Of a stretch of 64,000 nucleotides of DNA, positions 62,291-64,000 are shown piece after piece. The stretch comes from Acidimicrobiia bacterium (GTDB lineage: Bacteria > Actinomycetota > Acidimicrobiia > Spongiisociales > JAENVV01), in NCBI GenBank assembly GCA_041577335.1, contig JBFGJH010000010.1, forward strand, positions 1 to 64,000, in the 5' to 3' direction. The notes under the pieces were generated by a model. The model was not told where the DNA came from. It was given only the letters and a program-made list of their open reading frames with translations, and made no database searches. Positions within the stretch are counted from its first letter, which is position 1; each line of letters begins with the position of its first letter. Both the position numbers and the translations under genes were made by a program.

Positions 62291-62686
62291 ATGCCGCGCA
62301 GAATCCTCATCGCCAAGCCGGGCCTCGACGGCCACGACCGCGGGGCCAAGGTGATCGCCAGGGCGCTTCGTGACGCCGGCAACGAAGTCATCTACTCCGG
62401 TCTGCACCAGACGCCCGAGCAGATCGCGGAGACAGCCATTCAGGAAGACGTCGATGCGATCGGACTCTCGGTTCTCAGCGGCGCCCACATGACTCTGTTT
62501 CCTCGCGTCGTCGAGGCTCTCACCGCTCGCGGAGTCGATGACATCGTGGTCTTCGGCGGCGGCATCATTCCCGATGAGGACATCGAACCGCTCCACGAGG
62601 CGGGCCTGGCAGGCATCTTCACACCGGGAGCACCCCTGTCCGAGATAACGGAATGGGTCGACACCAATATTTCCGAGCGCTTTTAG
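62291..62686 (+). CDS. Cobalamin-binding domain protein (methylmalonyl-CoA mutase small subunit-like)
   Basis: [30 protein letters not shown]. Confidence 0.93.
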   Translation: MPRRILIAKPGLDGHDRGAKVIARALRDAGNEVIYSGLHQTPEQIAETAIQEDVDAIGLSVLSGAHMTLFPRVVEALTARGVDDIVVFGGGIIPDEDIEPLHEAGLAGIFTPGAPLSEITEWVDTNISERF

Positions 62687-62752
62687 GCGGTCGCGTACGG
62701 CGCGACTGCTGATTCTTCGAACCCATCCGCCCATCAGTAGAGAAAGACCACG

Positions 62753-63976
62753 ATGAAGATCCACGAATATCAGGCAAAAGAACTCATGAAGGCGCGCGGC
62801 ATCCCGGTCCCGCTCGGCACGATGGTCACGACCGCCGAAGAGGCCGCCAACGCAGTGAGGCCGCTCGTGGAGGCGTCGGGTAATCCCGTTGTCGTTGTGA
62901 AATCCCAAATCCACGCCGGGGGGCGAGGCAAGGGTCGATTCAAGGAGCACCCAGATCTGGGAGGGGTGACCGTCGTCACCGACGGCATCTCTGGGGGTGT
63001 CGATGCTGCCGAGGCGGCCGTGCGGCAACTGGCAGGCCAGATGCTCGGCTCGACGCTGGTCACGATCCAAACCGGGCCGGAGGGCAAGCAGGTGAATCGC
63101 CTGTACGTCGAACAGGGCATCGATATCGACCGGGAGCTCTATCTCTCTGTCGTGCTGGATCGGGCGGTCTCACGAAACATCCTCATGGTCTCGACCGAAG
63201 GTGGCACCGAGATCGAAGAGGTGGCCGAGCACACCCCCGAGAAGATCCTCAAAGCTGAGATCGACCCGGCCATCGGGCTCGCCGACTTCCAAGCCAACTC
63301 GCTTGCCTACGGCCTCGGCCTCGAGGGCGACGCTTTCAAGAACGGCGTTCGCTTCATGAAGGCGCTTGCCCAACTCGCCACCGACCTGGACACCGATCTC
63401 GTCGAGATCAATCCTTTGGTTGTCACCACGAGTGGCGAGGTCATGGCACTTGACGGGAAGATGGGGTTCGACGCCAGCGCCCTCTTCCGGCATCCCGAGG
63501 TTGCGGAGATGCGCGACGAGTCCGAGGAGGACCCGGCTGAGCTCGAAGCATCGGAATACGATCTCTCGTTCATCAAGCTCGACGGCACGATCGGCTGCAT
63601 GGTCAATGGCGCAGGTTTGGCCATGTCGACCATGGACATCATCAAATACGTTGGTGGGGAACCGGCCAATTTCCTCGACGTCGGTGGTGGCGCGACTGCC
63701 GACAAGGTGACGGCGGCATTCAAGATCATCACCAAAGACCCCAACGTGAAGGGCATCTTTGTCAATATCTTCGGCGGGATCATGAAATGCGACACCATCG
63801 CTGAAGGTGTCGTGGAGGCGGTCAAGGAGGTCGGGCTGCAGGTCCCCCTGGTCGTGCGGCTCGAAGGCACCAACGTGGAGTTGGGAAAGCGAATCATCGA
63901 TGAGTCCGGTCTCAACGTGGTGAGCGCCGTCGATATGAAGGACGGAGCCCAGAAGATCGTGGAGTTGGCCAAATGA
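62753..63976 (+). CDS. sucC: Succinyl-CoA synthetase beta subunit
   Basis: [52 protein letters not shown]. Confidence 0.97.
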   Translation: MKIHEYQAKELMKARGIPVPLGTMVTTAEEAANAVRPLVEASGNPVVVVKSQIHAGGRGKGRFKEHPDLGGVTVVTDGISGGVDAAEAAVRQLAGQMLGSTLVTIQTGPEGKQVNRLYVEQGIDIDRELYLSVVLDRAVSRNILMVSTEGGTEIEEVAEHTPEKILKAEIDPAIGLADFQANSLAYGLGLEGDAFKNGVRFMKALAQLATDLDTDLVEINPLVVTTSGEVMALDGKMGFDASALFRHPEVAEMRDESEEDPAELEASEYDLSFIKLDGTIGCMVNGAGLAMSTMDIIKYVGGEPANFLDVGGGATADKVTAAFKIITKDPNVKGIFVNIFGGIMKCDTIAEGVVEAVKEVGLQVPLVVRLEGTNVELGKRIIDESGLNVVSAVDMKDGAQKIVELAK

Positions 63977-64000
63977 GTGTGCTCGTCAACATCCAAACCA
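63973..64000 (+). CDS. sucD: Succinyl-CoA synthetase alpha subunit, 5' end only
   Basis: ATG overlapping sucC stop, MSVLVNIQT..; synteny only, truncated by window edge. Confidence 0.7.

Overview
GC-rich actinobacterial chromosome segment. It looks Acidimicrobiia-like, inferred from gene order, protein style and Cys-containing SLH repeats. Most of it is core housekeeping DNA. In order it holds the S10-spc-alpha ribosomal protein superoperon (rpsJ..rplQ, with no infA), coaA/truA/acs, rplM-rpsI-glmM, acpS-nnr-alr-tsaE-tsaB-rimI-tsaD, CIRCE-controlled groES-groEL, cimA, aceE, trpS, guaB3-guaA, an orphan CheA-type signalling trio, pcrA and sucC(D). I found no rRNA, tRNA, CRISPR array, transposase or prophage gene. 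The most interesting signals are non-coding or unannotated. (1) A dispersed family of ~130-170 bp four-hairpin intergenic elements has 4 good copies and 1 divergent copy. Loops and junctions are conserved while stems change by compensatory base-pair substitutions. Three copies begin on the base right after a stop codon, and two form an inverted doublet upstream of guaB3. (2) Two ribosome-mediated attenuators have leader peptides absent from the ORF track: MTTTTIITG before cimA and MICTTSNWWYG before trpS. (3) A 52-aa gene with its own RBS and terminator lies divergent from an Lrp regulator. (4) A CDGSH-FeS-CDGSH-Rieske-ThDP oxidase fusion sits next to an archaeal-style DRG/TGS GTPase. (5) A frameshifted family-4 uracil-DNA glycosylase pseudogene lies between the P1 peptidase and tsaE. 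All calls are from visual motif recognition; no searches were run.
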